64,000 nt of DNA, taken from the sequence record PP680568.1; one strand, written 5' to 3'. Source of the DNA: Enterococcus phage VRE9_2. A model generated the notes under the pieces. The model was not told the DNA's origin and ran no database searches. It saw nothing but the letters and a program-made list of their open reading frames with translations. Below are positions 20,901 to 31,000 of this stretch, piece by piece; within the stretch, counting starts at the first letter, position 1, and each line of letters opens with the position of its first letter. The position numbers and the translations under genes were made by a program.

Positions 20901-22950
20901 TTGGAATGAGGCAAATGATGCTATTAACGAAATGGCTGATTCAATTAGCGACGCCTTATTGAAAAAACTTGAGTTAGCTCAAAAACGTTTTGAATTATTC
21001 ACTCAATCAGTTGAGGATGGATTCCAAAAAATGTTTGGTACTTGGGGATTAGATGGGGTCATTGATGATTTTGATAAACTTACTGAAAAACAAGATAAAT
21101 ATTTCAGTAACTTTGAAAAATTTACAAACATCAGTAGTAAAATCAAAGAAATCAACGACGAAATTGCTAAAACACAAGACCCTGAACGCGCCAAAGAATT
21201 AGCAGACTTTAGAGATAAAGAATTATCTGCTCTCTTGGCTCAAGATAAAGTTTCTCAAGATGATTATGATCGTGCAATGAAAATGTATGATATTAAACAA
21301 AAAGAATTAGCTCTACAAGAACGGGAAAATGCAAAACGTACAGCCCAACTAGTTCGTGATGCTAATGGTAATATGACTTATGAATATGTTAGAACTGAAA
21401 CAGAAGATTTATCAAGTGAAATTGCAGACTTACAGAAACAAAAAGATGAATTATATGCTTTTGATTCTGATAAGGTAAGAGAATCTGCTAAAGGTGTATT
21501 TGATACTATTTCTAAATATCAAGATAAAATAAAAGAATTACAAGATAAAGGATTAGACCCTGCAGAATATAAGAAAGAGTTGCAAAAACTTCTTGATGAA
21601 GCAGAAGATGAAATTAAAGATAAAACTGATGAAATGAATAAATGGTTAGAAAATGCTGGGAAAGATGGATTAAGTAATCTACAAGGTATGATTGCAAATG
21701 GTACTATTACACCAGACCAGTTAGGGGTAGATAAAAATACTTTATCAAGTATTTTCTCAGCAATGAAAGATGGCACCTTGACAGTACAAGATATGTTAAG
21801 CGGAGACTTTGATGATTTTGCAAGTTCTATTGGTATGACAGCCGATCAACTTAGTGGTACAATGGATAAATTATTAGAATTAATCTTAGGAGATAACATG
21901 GATATTGCAGAAGCAATGATGGACGCAAGTAATAAATGGACTTCTACTGCTCAACAAAATGTAAATAACTTAGGAAACGCTTATGCTGAGTATATGTCTC
22001 AAGCTACAAAAGTTTTAAATGACTATAGCAGTTCTACAGGAAGATTAAACGATTTGTTAAATCAAACAAATCAAGCTTCTCAACAAGTTATTTCAACTAT
22101 TGATAAACAAACTCAAGCAATGCTAAGAAGTCAAAGACAAACTGATGCAACATCAAATAGTGTTTTAAATCTTCAAAACAGATTAATTGGTTCAAACGGA
22201 AATTCAGGACTGTTCGGTTCAATGGTTCAGCTACAACGTACTATGAACGAACAATTGCAACCTTCAATGGTAAATACTGGTAAACAAACCGATATATTAA
22301 GTGGAAAAACTTATAATTCAGCAGTAAAATATAATACAATGGGTAATGAAGCTAGATTTGCTTACCAACGAGTTAATGCGTTTAGCGATCAACCTACAAA
22401 AGTAGCAATGTCAAATATTGATAGAATTACTGGTAAAACAAATAACACTGCTGGAGCATTTAGAAATGTTAAACGTGATGCAAACGAAGGTAGAAATAGT
22501 ATTATTGACTTCAGTTCAGCAATTAGTACTTTAGCTGGATATGGTTCTTATAAAGTATCTGGAGGTTCTAAGAAGAAAGCTGCCTCGTTAGATAGTGGAG
22601 GTTATACAGGAACATGGAGTAATTCAACAAATAATGCTGAGGGTAGAATGGCAATTTTACACGAAAAAGAATTAATTCTTAATAAAGAAGATACAAAAAA
22701 TATTTTAGAATCAGTTAAAATGCAAAGAGGACTAATGGAATCTATTAAGGGCAGAGGCTCTTCTGTAAAAAATAGTATTCAAAACATGAGTTCTAATATT
22801 TCTAATATTCAAAATAGTAATAGAATGAGTACAGTTGAACAAAACATTACTCTTTCACCAAGTTTCCCTAATGCTAGAGATCGAAGTGAAATTGAAGCAG
22901 CGTTCGAAGGCTTATTAGGCAAAGCATCAACTTATGTTGGAAAGAAATAG
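14929..22950 (+). CDS. Tail tape measure protein (2673 aa)
   Basis: Largest ORF. N-terminal minor-tail/TMP-type region (AVAGKYQAETFRAFMNNQERYNQLLGEAYDSAGTSAQQQLVYMD, glycine-rich transmembrane-like segments). Long coiled-coil repeats. Position after the major tail gene and chaperone. Confidence 0.9.
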   Translation: MANNVDVGLKFKTTYEGLDAGKQDLKELKNLMDSIGKDGVKLNLKDGEIEQAKLQISALERSIREAEQSGGDFGRIFQSNLNAVQNEAKQTATSVSKVEKEIKSLNQTSNNGGGFKSISNAARLATKEIQGTTGQIDQLRVNLQQGMGQTIAFGAIGAVTGAVTDALNVTKQLDEISTDISIVSGKTRKEMEGYRDAAVDAADALGTTTKDYLDASLIFEQQGGQAAYYAKELAEATVTAANISNVATDQMSEYLTATINGFQLLKEKGGEAGTYITDVMAKLGAASGSDLAEIATGLTRTANTAKDVGFQFEEIATMIATVSEVTRRTPETIGNAFKSMLTSFTQLREAGEEEVEAFTNKVQEAFKLGGIEDISLFDNGNLRDAADIFKDIAARWQTMNKEQQSLVSEAVAGKYQAETFRAFMNNQERYNQLLGEAYDSAGTSAQQQLVYMDSLKAKGEQLQNAWQGAVNTVVDSDMFKGVLEDATNFLKIIGDAKSGLGGLATAIAPIVGIGGQMFGANQIGELYSNNRLNKQAKEITASLEKLKVAQEGNLTALQEEYKSAAQVNQIMSTLGPEAAKNYEEVTKEITKLDEKLKDIPKSAEEVKAKTEEAAKSLTLNGYYKGVDEKNVTRAAKGLENEKDPRILSNINELNKAKEALQKAEQVSLDQLSTLEGKVTLLDKRASSSIKKLQEELVIWEDDYRGALYENKALADKFSADIDKVREGIDQQYDSYSGLLKVRKEAKVIEDQIRDSMKSQEYEALDNVSKAQKELENKAKKVVLEEQYTNEMKEQNKIIADRTVLENKAQSTAQIAKRTELIQKGVRGMSLAYSTIVPIIATYNSVQEKSISKQDGVIAGLQTTSAMLMASMNPWGMAAGAAAGAFSLIVDKFDLFKSRGEKAKEVNEQLTKTFMSLQETVNGNISNLNDIADTYKRFEGVNAEAFINNAPDPSDTEAFEKYNKNLEDYDNLAGKIAQTNPELVKGYDDTGRAIIDLSKDFETLMEQQKTARTDNYQMLSANRNSFIVQQVSDLQNAKSSMNDYSVEVAKLTKELEKAKKQGKGEKVDDILKDLTNAQNKISEVQKTFNETKANIQSSIVVPFNEANDEFNKLVDKTPELKEAFETFSDTYMNSNFLAGMASENDEEGMKNLVQNMSLIKDKFTEIAQQDPGKAQEFLDKIAKSSEWAKLALYDVQGNIETLQEKMAEAADPITDGAQSRALSFVDKVIPEKDVEKAQKRIGELASDLEEKVEDANKMRFDFSKAEGADFTGDRKEIENINDKIEDYDKLQDVMSDVSEEYSRTSRTVEGFNENLGHVGDIDAAMQALDQLQKNGLDDNQLEVLKQKFPELEKSMRESAEKGTEAFKQNASNLYDILSEEHEAAITGMVMNNEQFYGVWMQNNSKTINKIAEDYGIDAANYQTLAEYKNALQSLSLENLQVIAGQEVETNNKKNKEILAGEAVHVSNMISLTDIWSNSNLTYTQKLVASFLNAYDDMANGLGNALSYMEQLLKGWLNTAHKALGDFFGGMIKKLPKGMRDALGLDEIDKWGEGGVSESFFKKLDPSTLAKDYVDKKNQEAQKEQEKKDSLIQQILEGKFKNKNGLSNEDLMKKLNLDKPQSLEGMNAIPRDAENKDVEKDGKIEKKDKDSKKDVDNLELELDRYYKLDHILSEIEKRYSELSDAKDAAYGNDRLNIMKQEEQLLAQKAGVLKQYTAELNKEQDELRNKLASQGFTFTANGDIDNLNQKLTDLQNAANSKTGDAKEDAIDAVKKIQEEASRYQDITFNLIPDKQKTLNEIKKQLSEIARERIEYTVKLRVDKDEFKSDVLDVIKEMQDSYADLDEKAQIVGKEMKQALDNVSYWQSMMNQVRNDRGLTDSDRQDLLQEYNKNLLDAVSKARSGYKELLEVQADFVKQSVEAINKVNDRYDNLFEKAGQLAAKTEELYGTKAYGKIVGYFDTQEKAINGQVKNLQEAQRRMIKYRNSVKQGSDAWNEANDAINEMADSISDALLKKLELAQKRFELFTQSVEDGFQKMFGTWGLDGVIDDFDKLTEKQDKYFSNFEKFTNISSKIKEINDEIAKTQDPERAKELADFRDKELSALLAQDKVSQDDYDRAMKMYDIKQKELALQERENAKRTAQLVRDANGNMTYEYVRTETEDLSSEIADLQKQKDELYAFDSDKVRESAKGVFDTISKYQDKIKELQDKGLDPAEYKKELQKLLDEAEDEIKDKTDEMNKWLENAGKDGLSNLQGMIANGTITPDQLGVDKNTLSSIFSAMKDGTLTVQDMLSGDFDDFASSIGMTADQLSGTMDKLLELILGDNMDIAEAMMDASNKWTSTAQQNVNNLGNAYAEYMSQATKVLNDYSSSTGRLNDLLNQTNQASQQVISTIDKQTQAMLRSQRQTDATSNSVLNLQNRLIGSNGNSGLFGSMVQLQRTMNEQLQPSMVNTGKQTDILSGKTYNSAVKYNTMGNEARFAYQRVNAFSDQPTKVAMSNIDRITGKTNNTAGAFRNVKRDANEGRNSIIDFSSAISTLAGYGSYKVSGGSKKKAASLDSGGYTGTWSNSTNNAEGRMAILHEKELILNKEDTKNILESVKMQRGLMESIKGRGSSVKNSIQNMSSNISNIQNSNRMSTVEQNITLSPSFPNARDRSEIEAAFEGLLGKASTYVGKK

Positions 22951-22963
22951 AATATAAAAACTA

Positions 22964-23000
22964 GGGGCGGAAATACGACTATTTTCGCCCTTTCTTTTTA
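22964..23000 (+). terminator. Rho-independent terminator after the tape measure gene
   Basis: GGGGCGG...CGCCC hairpin followed by TTTCTTTTT. Confidence 0.55.
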
Positions 23001-23039
23001 ATCTCAATAGGAAAAAAGAGAAAAAGGAGCTGACATGAT

Positions 23040-25025
23040 ATGGATAAAAGCCAAGAACTTTTTGATGCGATTCGATTAATTGCAAGGAACGAAATAGAAA
23101 AACAAACATCTACAGATACTGTGATTGGTACAGTAATTGAACGTGTCGAATCAAGTGACGCTTATAAAGTTTCTTATCAGAATATTGAAATTCTGGCAAG
23201 TTCAATGGGTGGACGATACAATGCTGGAGATTCTGTATATGTAATGCTTCCTAAAGGAAGATTAGATGGGGTCAAATTTATTATTGGTAAAACCAATGAT
23301 AGAACTCCAACTATAACAACAAATGCAAATGGACTATCCGATTCTACTCTTGGTATGATTCAGGATATTATTAACAATTTTAACGATTTAATTTCAGATA
23401 ATAAGGTTACTCCAGTAGAAAAACAATCTTTACAAATTCAATGGGAACAAATTAAAAAATCTTATCAAGAGATTTTAAATAACTCTGCACCTTATCCAGA
23501 AATTGATTTAACTGGTTTAAATTCTAAATATAAAACTTTAGAATCATTAATGAATATTATTTTAGAAAATATGGAAACTACTACAGAAGTTGATGGTAAT
23601 ACAGTAAGACAAGTTTTATCTAATTATTTAACTGAAGATACTTCAGTAAGAGTTTTAATCCAAGAGGCACTAAGAGATGAAATTACTTATAAAGCTGATA
23701 TTGTTTCAACAAATGGTGAGAGTTTTAAAAATGGTGTAATTAATACTATTTTACAAGTAATTGCAATGAGGGGTAAAAAAACTATAACTTCATCTTTTGA
23801 GCCAGAAAATATTAGATGGTATAAAATGAAAGATGATGGTTCTATTTTACCTAATTGGTCTAAGACTGGTAGAAGTATTCCTATTACATCAGAGGACGTT
23901 GACATTAAACAAGTATTTGTGGTACAATTATATGTAGAAGAAGCAATGGTAGCACAAGATACAATAACTATAGTTGATTTAAATGATATAGAAAATATTA
24001 AATTAAGTTTAACTCCTAAATTAAGTAGAACTCAAACGTTTGACCCAACCACTAAAAATATTATACCAGATTATACTATACAAAATCAAGTCATTCAAGC
24101 CAAGACTCTAAAAGGAGCAGATGATATTACTTCTTTGGTGACACATCAATGGTATTATAATGGAGAATTAATTACTAATGATGGCAGGTTTGAAATACAA
24201 AATAATGCTTTATTTATCAAAAGAAATCTAATGGATTCAGAAAATCCTACAATGATGATTGATTGTAAAGTATCTTATTATAGTGAAGAATATAAATTAA
24301 CACTTGAAGATTCTTTATCTTTAGACTTTTCTTATGTATCTAATGGAGAAGATGGAGAAGATGGGAAAAACGCCCTTTTAGTTAATGTTCTGCATCCATA
24401 TGGTACAACTATTAAGAATAAACAACAATCTCTTCTCTTGGTGTCATTACAGGCATATTTTGCTGATAAAGACGTTCTTTCTTTGTTAAGTAATAGAAAA
24501 TGGTTTTATGCAGACGAATCCGTTAATTCTTCCAGCCCTTATTATGATAAAGATGGTGGAGTAGGCTGGTCTTTAATTAGCGAGACAAATAATTTGAATG
24601 GAGCTTTAAATGGATATGATACAAATATCCTGTCTATTTCTGGAAATGGCTTTAACGGGAGCATTTCTATCAAGGTGGTAGCTTATTTTGAAGAATTTAA
24701 AGGAGCTGCAACAACTACTTTAATTGATTCTACTGATCCAATTACAGGAGTTATCTTGGGCAATACGCAATTAAAAAATGGTGAGCCAACTTCATTACAG
24801 ATAGAAGCTTATTTAGGACAAATGAAAATAACAGATACTTCTAATTACACTTTTGTGTGGAATTTAGAATTAATAGATAATAGTTCTAGAATGATTGGTC
24901 CGATGGAACCTTTTACCACAAGGACGGTATGGCCCAAATATGGAGAATCTATTATATTAGAATGGGGAGACATTCCTGAAAACGATAATGTTTATGTAAC
25001 ATGTAAAATATATCGTAATGAGTAG
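23040..25025 (+). CDS. Distal tail / baseplate protein (661 aa)
   Basis: First gene after the tape measure. N-terminal small beta-barrel-like domain (VIGTVIERVESSDAYKVSYQNIEILASS...SVYVMLPKG), then a long beta-rich extension. Confidence 0.4.
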   Translation: MDKSQELFDAIRLIARNEIEKQTSTDTVIGTVIERVESSDAYKVSYQNIEILASSMGGRYNAGDSVYVMLPKGRLDGVKFIIGKTNDRTPTITTNANGLSDSTLGMIQDIINNFNDLISDNKVTPVEKQSLQIQWEQIKKSYQEILNNSAPYPEIDLTGLNSKYKTLESLMNIILENMETTTEVDGNTVRQVLSNYLTEDTSVRVLIQEALRDEITYKADIVSTNGESFKNGVINTILQVIAMRGKKTITSSFEPENIRWYKMKDDGSILPNWSKTGRSIPITSEDVDIKQVFVVQLYVEEAMVAQDTITIVDLNDIENIKLSLTPKLSRTQTFDPTTKNIIPDYTIQNQVIQAKTLKGADDITSLVTHQWYYNGELITNDGRFEIQNNALFIKRNLMDSENPTMMIDCKVSYYSEEYKLTLEDSLSLDFSYVSNGEDGEDGKNALLVNVLHPYGTTIKNKQQSLLLVSLQAYFADKDVLSLLSNRKWFYADESVNSSSPYYDKDGGVGWSLISETNNLNGALNGYDTNILSISGNGFNGSISIKVVAYFEEFKGAATTTLIDSTDPITGVILGNTQLKNGEPTSLQIEAYLGQMKITDTSNYTFVWNLELIDNSSRMIGPMEPFTTRTVWPKYGESIILEWGDIPENDNVYVTCKIYRNE

Positions 25026-25055
25026 ATAAATATAGAGATAAAGGAGAAAGATAAG

Positions 25056-28000
25056 ATGGCATTAACTCAAGTAGGTACAGCTTCTGCTGGTATTTCAAAA
25101 GTAATTGATGGACAAAATCAATATATTTTCTGGAGATTCTCAGCAAATCCAGATGGAAATCCTATGACAGAAAAACCAACAGAAGACACAAAATATATGG
25201 GGGTTTATACAAGTACGCAAAATAAACCTTCTGATAACCCAAGTGAATATATCTGGACTAAAATTAAGGGTGAAGATGGTTCAGATGGTCAAAATTCTTA
25301 TAGTGGTATCTTAACAGATGAACTTATTGCTGTTAATACAGATTCAGATGGAAATAACGGCAATTTCTCTAAAGCTAGTACATCAATTATTTTATTTGAG
25401 GGATCAAGAGAAAATACATCAGAGTGGACTATTTCAGTTGAAGTGACTGCAGGAATTCAAGGAAGTTTAACTGCTTCAAAAGATACTTATAAAGTATCAG
25501 CAATGACTGTAGATTCAGGAGAAATAACTTTTACCGCTAAGTATAAAACAATTACTTTAACAAAAGTAGCTAAGATTGTAAAAGTAAAACAAGGAGCTGC
25601 AGGAATCCCTGGGAAAGATGGTGTTGATGGACGTACACAATATACACATATTGCTTATGCAGATAATGAATCTGGACAAGGTTTATCTTTTAATCCAGCT
25701 AATAAAAAATATATTGGTATGTATGTTGATTTTACAGAAACAAATTCATCTGATCCAACCAAATATAAATGGAGTTTAATTAAAGGGGAAGATGGAAAAG
25801 ATGGATTGCCTGGTGCTCCAGGAGAAGATGGACGTACCCCATACTTCCATACAGCATATACCAACAGCACTGACTTCGGTACTTATGATTACTCAGGAAA
25901 CCCCAACTTGATGAAAAATATAACAAACGATAGTTGGACTGCCGAGGGTGCCATGAAGATAACTGCGGCAGATGATTACCTAGAACTAGTAAAAGATACT
26001 GCTGGAAGATTTGGTACTGCAAAGATTCATAATATACCAGCATTACGCACAAACTCACAATATACTACCTCTTTAGAATTTTATCTTAAGTCGGGTACCT
26101 CTACCGAAGATTTAAAAAAATGTAATATTGCTATCGAAGCAACTAATACAAGCGGGCAAGTTTATTATAGTGTTATTTATATGAACAATATACCGAAGAT
26201 GGATGAGTGGGTTGATTTAACAAGTACCTTTACTACAAACACCTATACAGATAATCTTACTAACTGGAAGTTTAGGGTATATGTCCACCCAGATGTTTCT
26301 GTTTCTATGAGAATTAGAAATAGCATTAAGGTTGAAGAGGGTTCAAAAGCCACACCATATCAACCTAACATCAAGGGTGCCCCATGGTACTTTAGTACTG
26401 TTCCTCTTGGAGAAAATATCGCAGATAAAACAGTTAAATTTCCAATTAATGTTAATACGTACAAGGTATATCAAGGAGATATGCTTGAGTCGTTTGAGGT
26501 TGGACAAACATATACTGTAACTATTAAGGGTAGAAAACCAGCTCAAAAAACATTTAGTGCTTACAATGCTGGTACTGTTTTTCTAGGAAATTTAACTCCA
26601 GTAGAAGGATTGTCAGATGTATGGACGAGTACTTTTAAAGTATCATCAATTAATTCTGGTTATCCTAATAGATTACAAATATATCAACTGCCAAATGATA
26701 ATCAATATGGAGACGTTCAAATTGATTGGGTTAAAATTGAAAAAAGTCCAGTTTCAACACCAAATATTGATGCTTATAAATATTTAGGTAATTACACAGA
26801 CTATGAACAAGAAGACTCTTTAAATCCTACTAAATATAAATGGAATTTAATTAAAGGAGAAGACGGTTCAAATGGAACTAATTCATTTCTACATGTAGCT
26901 TGGGCTAATACAAACGAATTTCCTGAATTTGTTAAAAATGCAAGACCAAATGTTCTTAGAACGGCGGATAAAATTTCTATGTTCTCTAATAATGGTGCTA
27001 TATATCCTACAGACAGTTATTGGTTAACTGATGAGGATGGTAGAGTTTTTAATAGGGCTGAAAGAAGTAATCTTGATTTAAATCCTAATAAATTTTCTGT
27101 ATATAATGGTATAGGAACGGTTTATAAATCTACTGACCCAATAAATTCAGGAGACCTAACAATGCCTATCGGTGGAAAGAAAATTGTAATTTCTGGAAAA
27201 TGGAGAGCTTCTAAAGAAGTTAGATTAGTTATAATGGCTAAAGTTATTGCTGATGGAGTAACTAAAGCTCTTCCACGAGATGGAGAAGTTGTTACAGTTT
27301 CAACTGAATGGAAAACTTTTTCAACAGTTCTAGATTATGTTGACCCAAAAACTTCTACTATTAGATTTTTACCTTCTTCAGATACTAATGGATGGACAAG
27401 CGCTGAGGGAGTGCAGTTAGATCAAAAAGATCTTAAAATTGAAATAGTTGAAGAAGGAGAGAGTGAAGAACCAACTCCTTGGGTACCTCCAATTACAAGA
27501 GGACTATTTAATCCTAAAAATATCTTTGAGGGTGGAAATAATCGTCAGCCTAATGCTTATCAAGGAGCAGTAGCAACAGTTACTAAAAATGTAGAAGTTC
27601 CTGAATGGGGAGTCAAAGATGCTTGGACTTTTAAAACTACTGGTGGAACAAATGTCATAAAAGCAACCCTCGGAATTAAGCAAACTGGAGCATCTTTAGC
27701 AGATGGGAATACATTCTACAGAAGTAATTTTCACGTTAAAAATAATCATGAAACTTATCCATTGCATATAATCGCTAATGGTGGAACTTCTGTTGTTATT
27801 CCTCCTAAAAAAAGTGGATATTTTGGAACTCCAATTAATCAACATGCTGCGAAAAATAATCTACAATGGAATTTTCAAGTAGCTGATGCAGCAAGAGATG
27901 TAGATTTTACAATGTGGAACCCAGAATTTTATGCTTATGATATCAAGCATGATTTCACAGAAGAAGAACCAAACGAAAGTAGACTTTATCTTGGAACTTA

Positions 28001-31000
28001 TACAGATTCTAACTTAAATGCTAGCGGAAATCCAGCAGATTATGAATGGAATAAAGTTAAAGGTGATACTGGTGAATCTGCAAAAACGTTAATTTTATCA
28101 GCTTCTTCAAATACTGTTAAAATTAATCAAGATTCTTCAGTCCAATCAGACACTATAACTCTTCAAGCTAATATGCAGAATATGGTAGGAACTGCTACTT
28201 TTAGTGCCATTCCATATATTGGAACAACACCACAAACAGCAATAACATTGGGAGGAGCAGGAAACATAAGAACATTTTCTACTTCCTCTTGGAATAAAAA
28301 TTGGACTTCTTTGGTGGTTACTGCTACTTTCGAATCATTTATTGATAAGCAAACAATTATTTCTGTTAAAGAAGGTAAAGATGGCGCTGATTCAATAACT
28401 GGGTTATTAACAAATGAATCGGTGACATTAGCAGCCGATAAAAATGGTACCGTTGAGAGCTTCTCAGAGGCTTCAGGAACGTTTAAAGTGTTTGATGGAC
28501 TATCTGACGTTACTGGTAAAAACGTTGCTTATACATTAAAGAGTAGTTCAGGAGGAACATTTAATATTAATACTTCTACTGGAGTATATAATATGACTGC
28601 GATGAGCAAAGATTCTGCTACAGCAATCTTTGAAGCTACTTATAAAAATATTAAGATTGAAAAAATATTAAATGTAGCTAAATCTAAAGCAGGGAAAGAA
28701 ACATATACTTATACAAAATATTCTAATTCAAAAGATTTTGGAAATTATGATTATAGCGGGAATCCTAACCTCAGTCCCAGATTGAATGCGGCATGTTTTT
28801 CTTCAGGTACTGGCGCAACAGTTTCAGATGATAATGATGAGATTGTGTTTGCCTTAGATGGCACAAATCAACTATCGAAGTACGCTCTCAGAGCACAAAC
28901 GCCGTTAGTAGAAGGAAAACAATACACGATTAGTTGTGAAATCATGTTAGAAGATGGTTTCACTGGCGATCCGTCCGGAATAAAACTACTACACGCATAC
29001 CTGCCTGGTGGTATCACTGTTTTGCAGACAGATACAGTTCCTAAAAATGAATTGAATAAATGGCAGAAGCTTATTGGAACACGAACGGTAACATACGGTT
29101 CTAGCTTACCAAGTGAATGGTATCCATTATTTAGAGATATTCGAAATCTTAAACCATCTGGTAAAGTTAGGTTAAGGAATATCAAAATTGAAGAAGGTTC
29201 AACAGCCACACCATATCAACCTAACTTATTAGATGAGCCTTACTGGCTAGGTAACACTCCTTTGAATAAGAATATTGCTGATCCTGCAAAAACATTTCCA
29301 ATTAAAACGAGTTCGTACAATATATATCGGGGTAAAAATACTGAAAAATATCAAGCAAACCAAACCTATACGATTACCATGAAGGCAACTAAACCAGCTT
29401 CTCAACAGTTTGGTGTTTATTTGTTAGCTGGTGCAATGGGTGTTGGCAATATGAAGCCTGTAGAAGGTTTAACGGATGTTTGGCAACTAACCTTTAAAGT
29501 TTCACAAGCTCATATCGATGGTGGTATAACTGATGTTTTAGATGTATATCAACTTCCAAACACTAGCGTCGGTGCGTGTCAAATAGACTGGCTTAAGTTT
29601 GAAAAAGGCGATACTAGAACCCCAAATATAGACTCATATAAATATATGGGGATCTATGTTGGAGGAGAAGGCGAACAACCACATGACCCAACCCAATATG
29701 CTTGGAGTCAGATTAAAGGTAATGATTCTACAGCTTATTCATTATTATTAAGCAGTCAAGTAATGTCATTACCAAGAGGAGCAAGTAAACTAGTTCCAGA
29801 AAATATTACTATTTCTGGTATGGCTCAAACAGGCGAAAAATCTATTGAGAATATCAAATCTCGTATTGTTGTAGAAGAAACTACTAATGGAACTACATGG
29901 ACTACAAAGTATGATGCTGACGCATTAACCTATACTTATACTCCTTCTTCATTAAATGTTTTGTCTGCACGAGTTAAAATGTATGTTGCAGGAGCTAAAA
30001 ATGTACAATTAGATCAAAAGAGTATTAATATTGTTAAAGATGGTTCGAATGGTTCTAATGGTTCAAGTAGTTATACATGGGTTCGTTATTCAGAAAATGC
30101 TAATGGTAATCCAATGACTACAACACCTAATAGCAAAACTAAATACATTGGTATCGCTATTACCCAAACTTCAACTGCACCAAGTGCTTATGGTGATTAC
30201 ACTTGGAGTAGAATCAAAGGAAGTGGCGGACTTGTAGCTAAAGTTTATTCTAATGGTGGAACAAACATTGAACAATCTCCAATTCAAATTAATGTAGAAA
30301 CACAATCTGATGGGGATATAGTAGAACCAGATAAAGTAACATGGTATATGTCAAAAGATTCTTCAGTAGAATGGACAGCAATTACAGCTGGAAATGGAAT
30401 TACCTTAAATAAAAAATATATAGTTGTTGAACCAGTAGTATTCTTAGAAGCTAATTCAATTAGTTTTAAAGCTCAAGTAGAATATAATTCTATGGCAGCT
30501 TTTGATTATATGACTGTAAACAATGGAAGCTTCGATGCAATGAAACCATTAATTTTACGACAACCAACTGCCCCACTTAATCCTTATCCTGGATTATTAT
30601 GGCTAGATACTTCTAGTGGCAGTGGTGATCCTTTAGATAAAACTAATCCAAGTTTAGTTTATCGTTGGGGTAAATCAGCAGTTGAAAGTGTAATTGGAAC
30701 TGAATATGCACATTATGCTTATGCAAATACACCAACTGGATACCAGGAAGATGGTGTTACACCAGACCCAAGTTTTAGTGTTACTTATAATAGTAGTCAA
30801 AAACCTATGTATATTGGATACTGTGTAACTGATACAGAACCAGACCCAACTACCCCTAATTCCTATAATTGGAAGTCAATCACTACAGAAGATGGTAGCG
30901 AAGACGTTAATGGCGCCAAAGGTATTGCGCAAGAGAAAACTGAAACAACTTACGAATGGGGATGGGTTGTTCTAAGTGCTTCTGATTTAGAAATGCTTCC

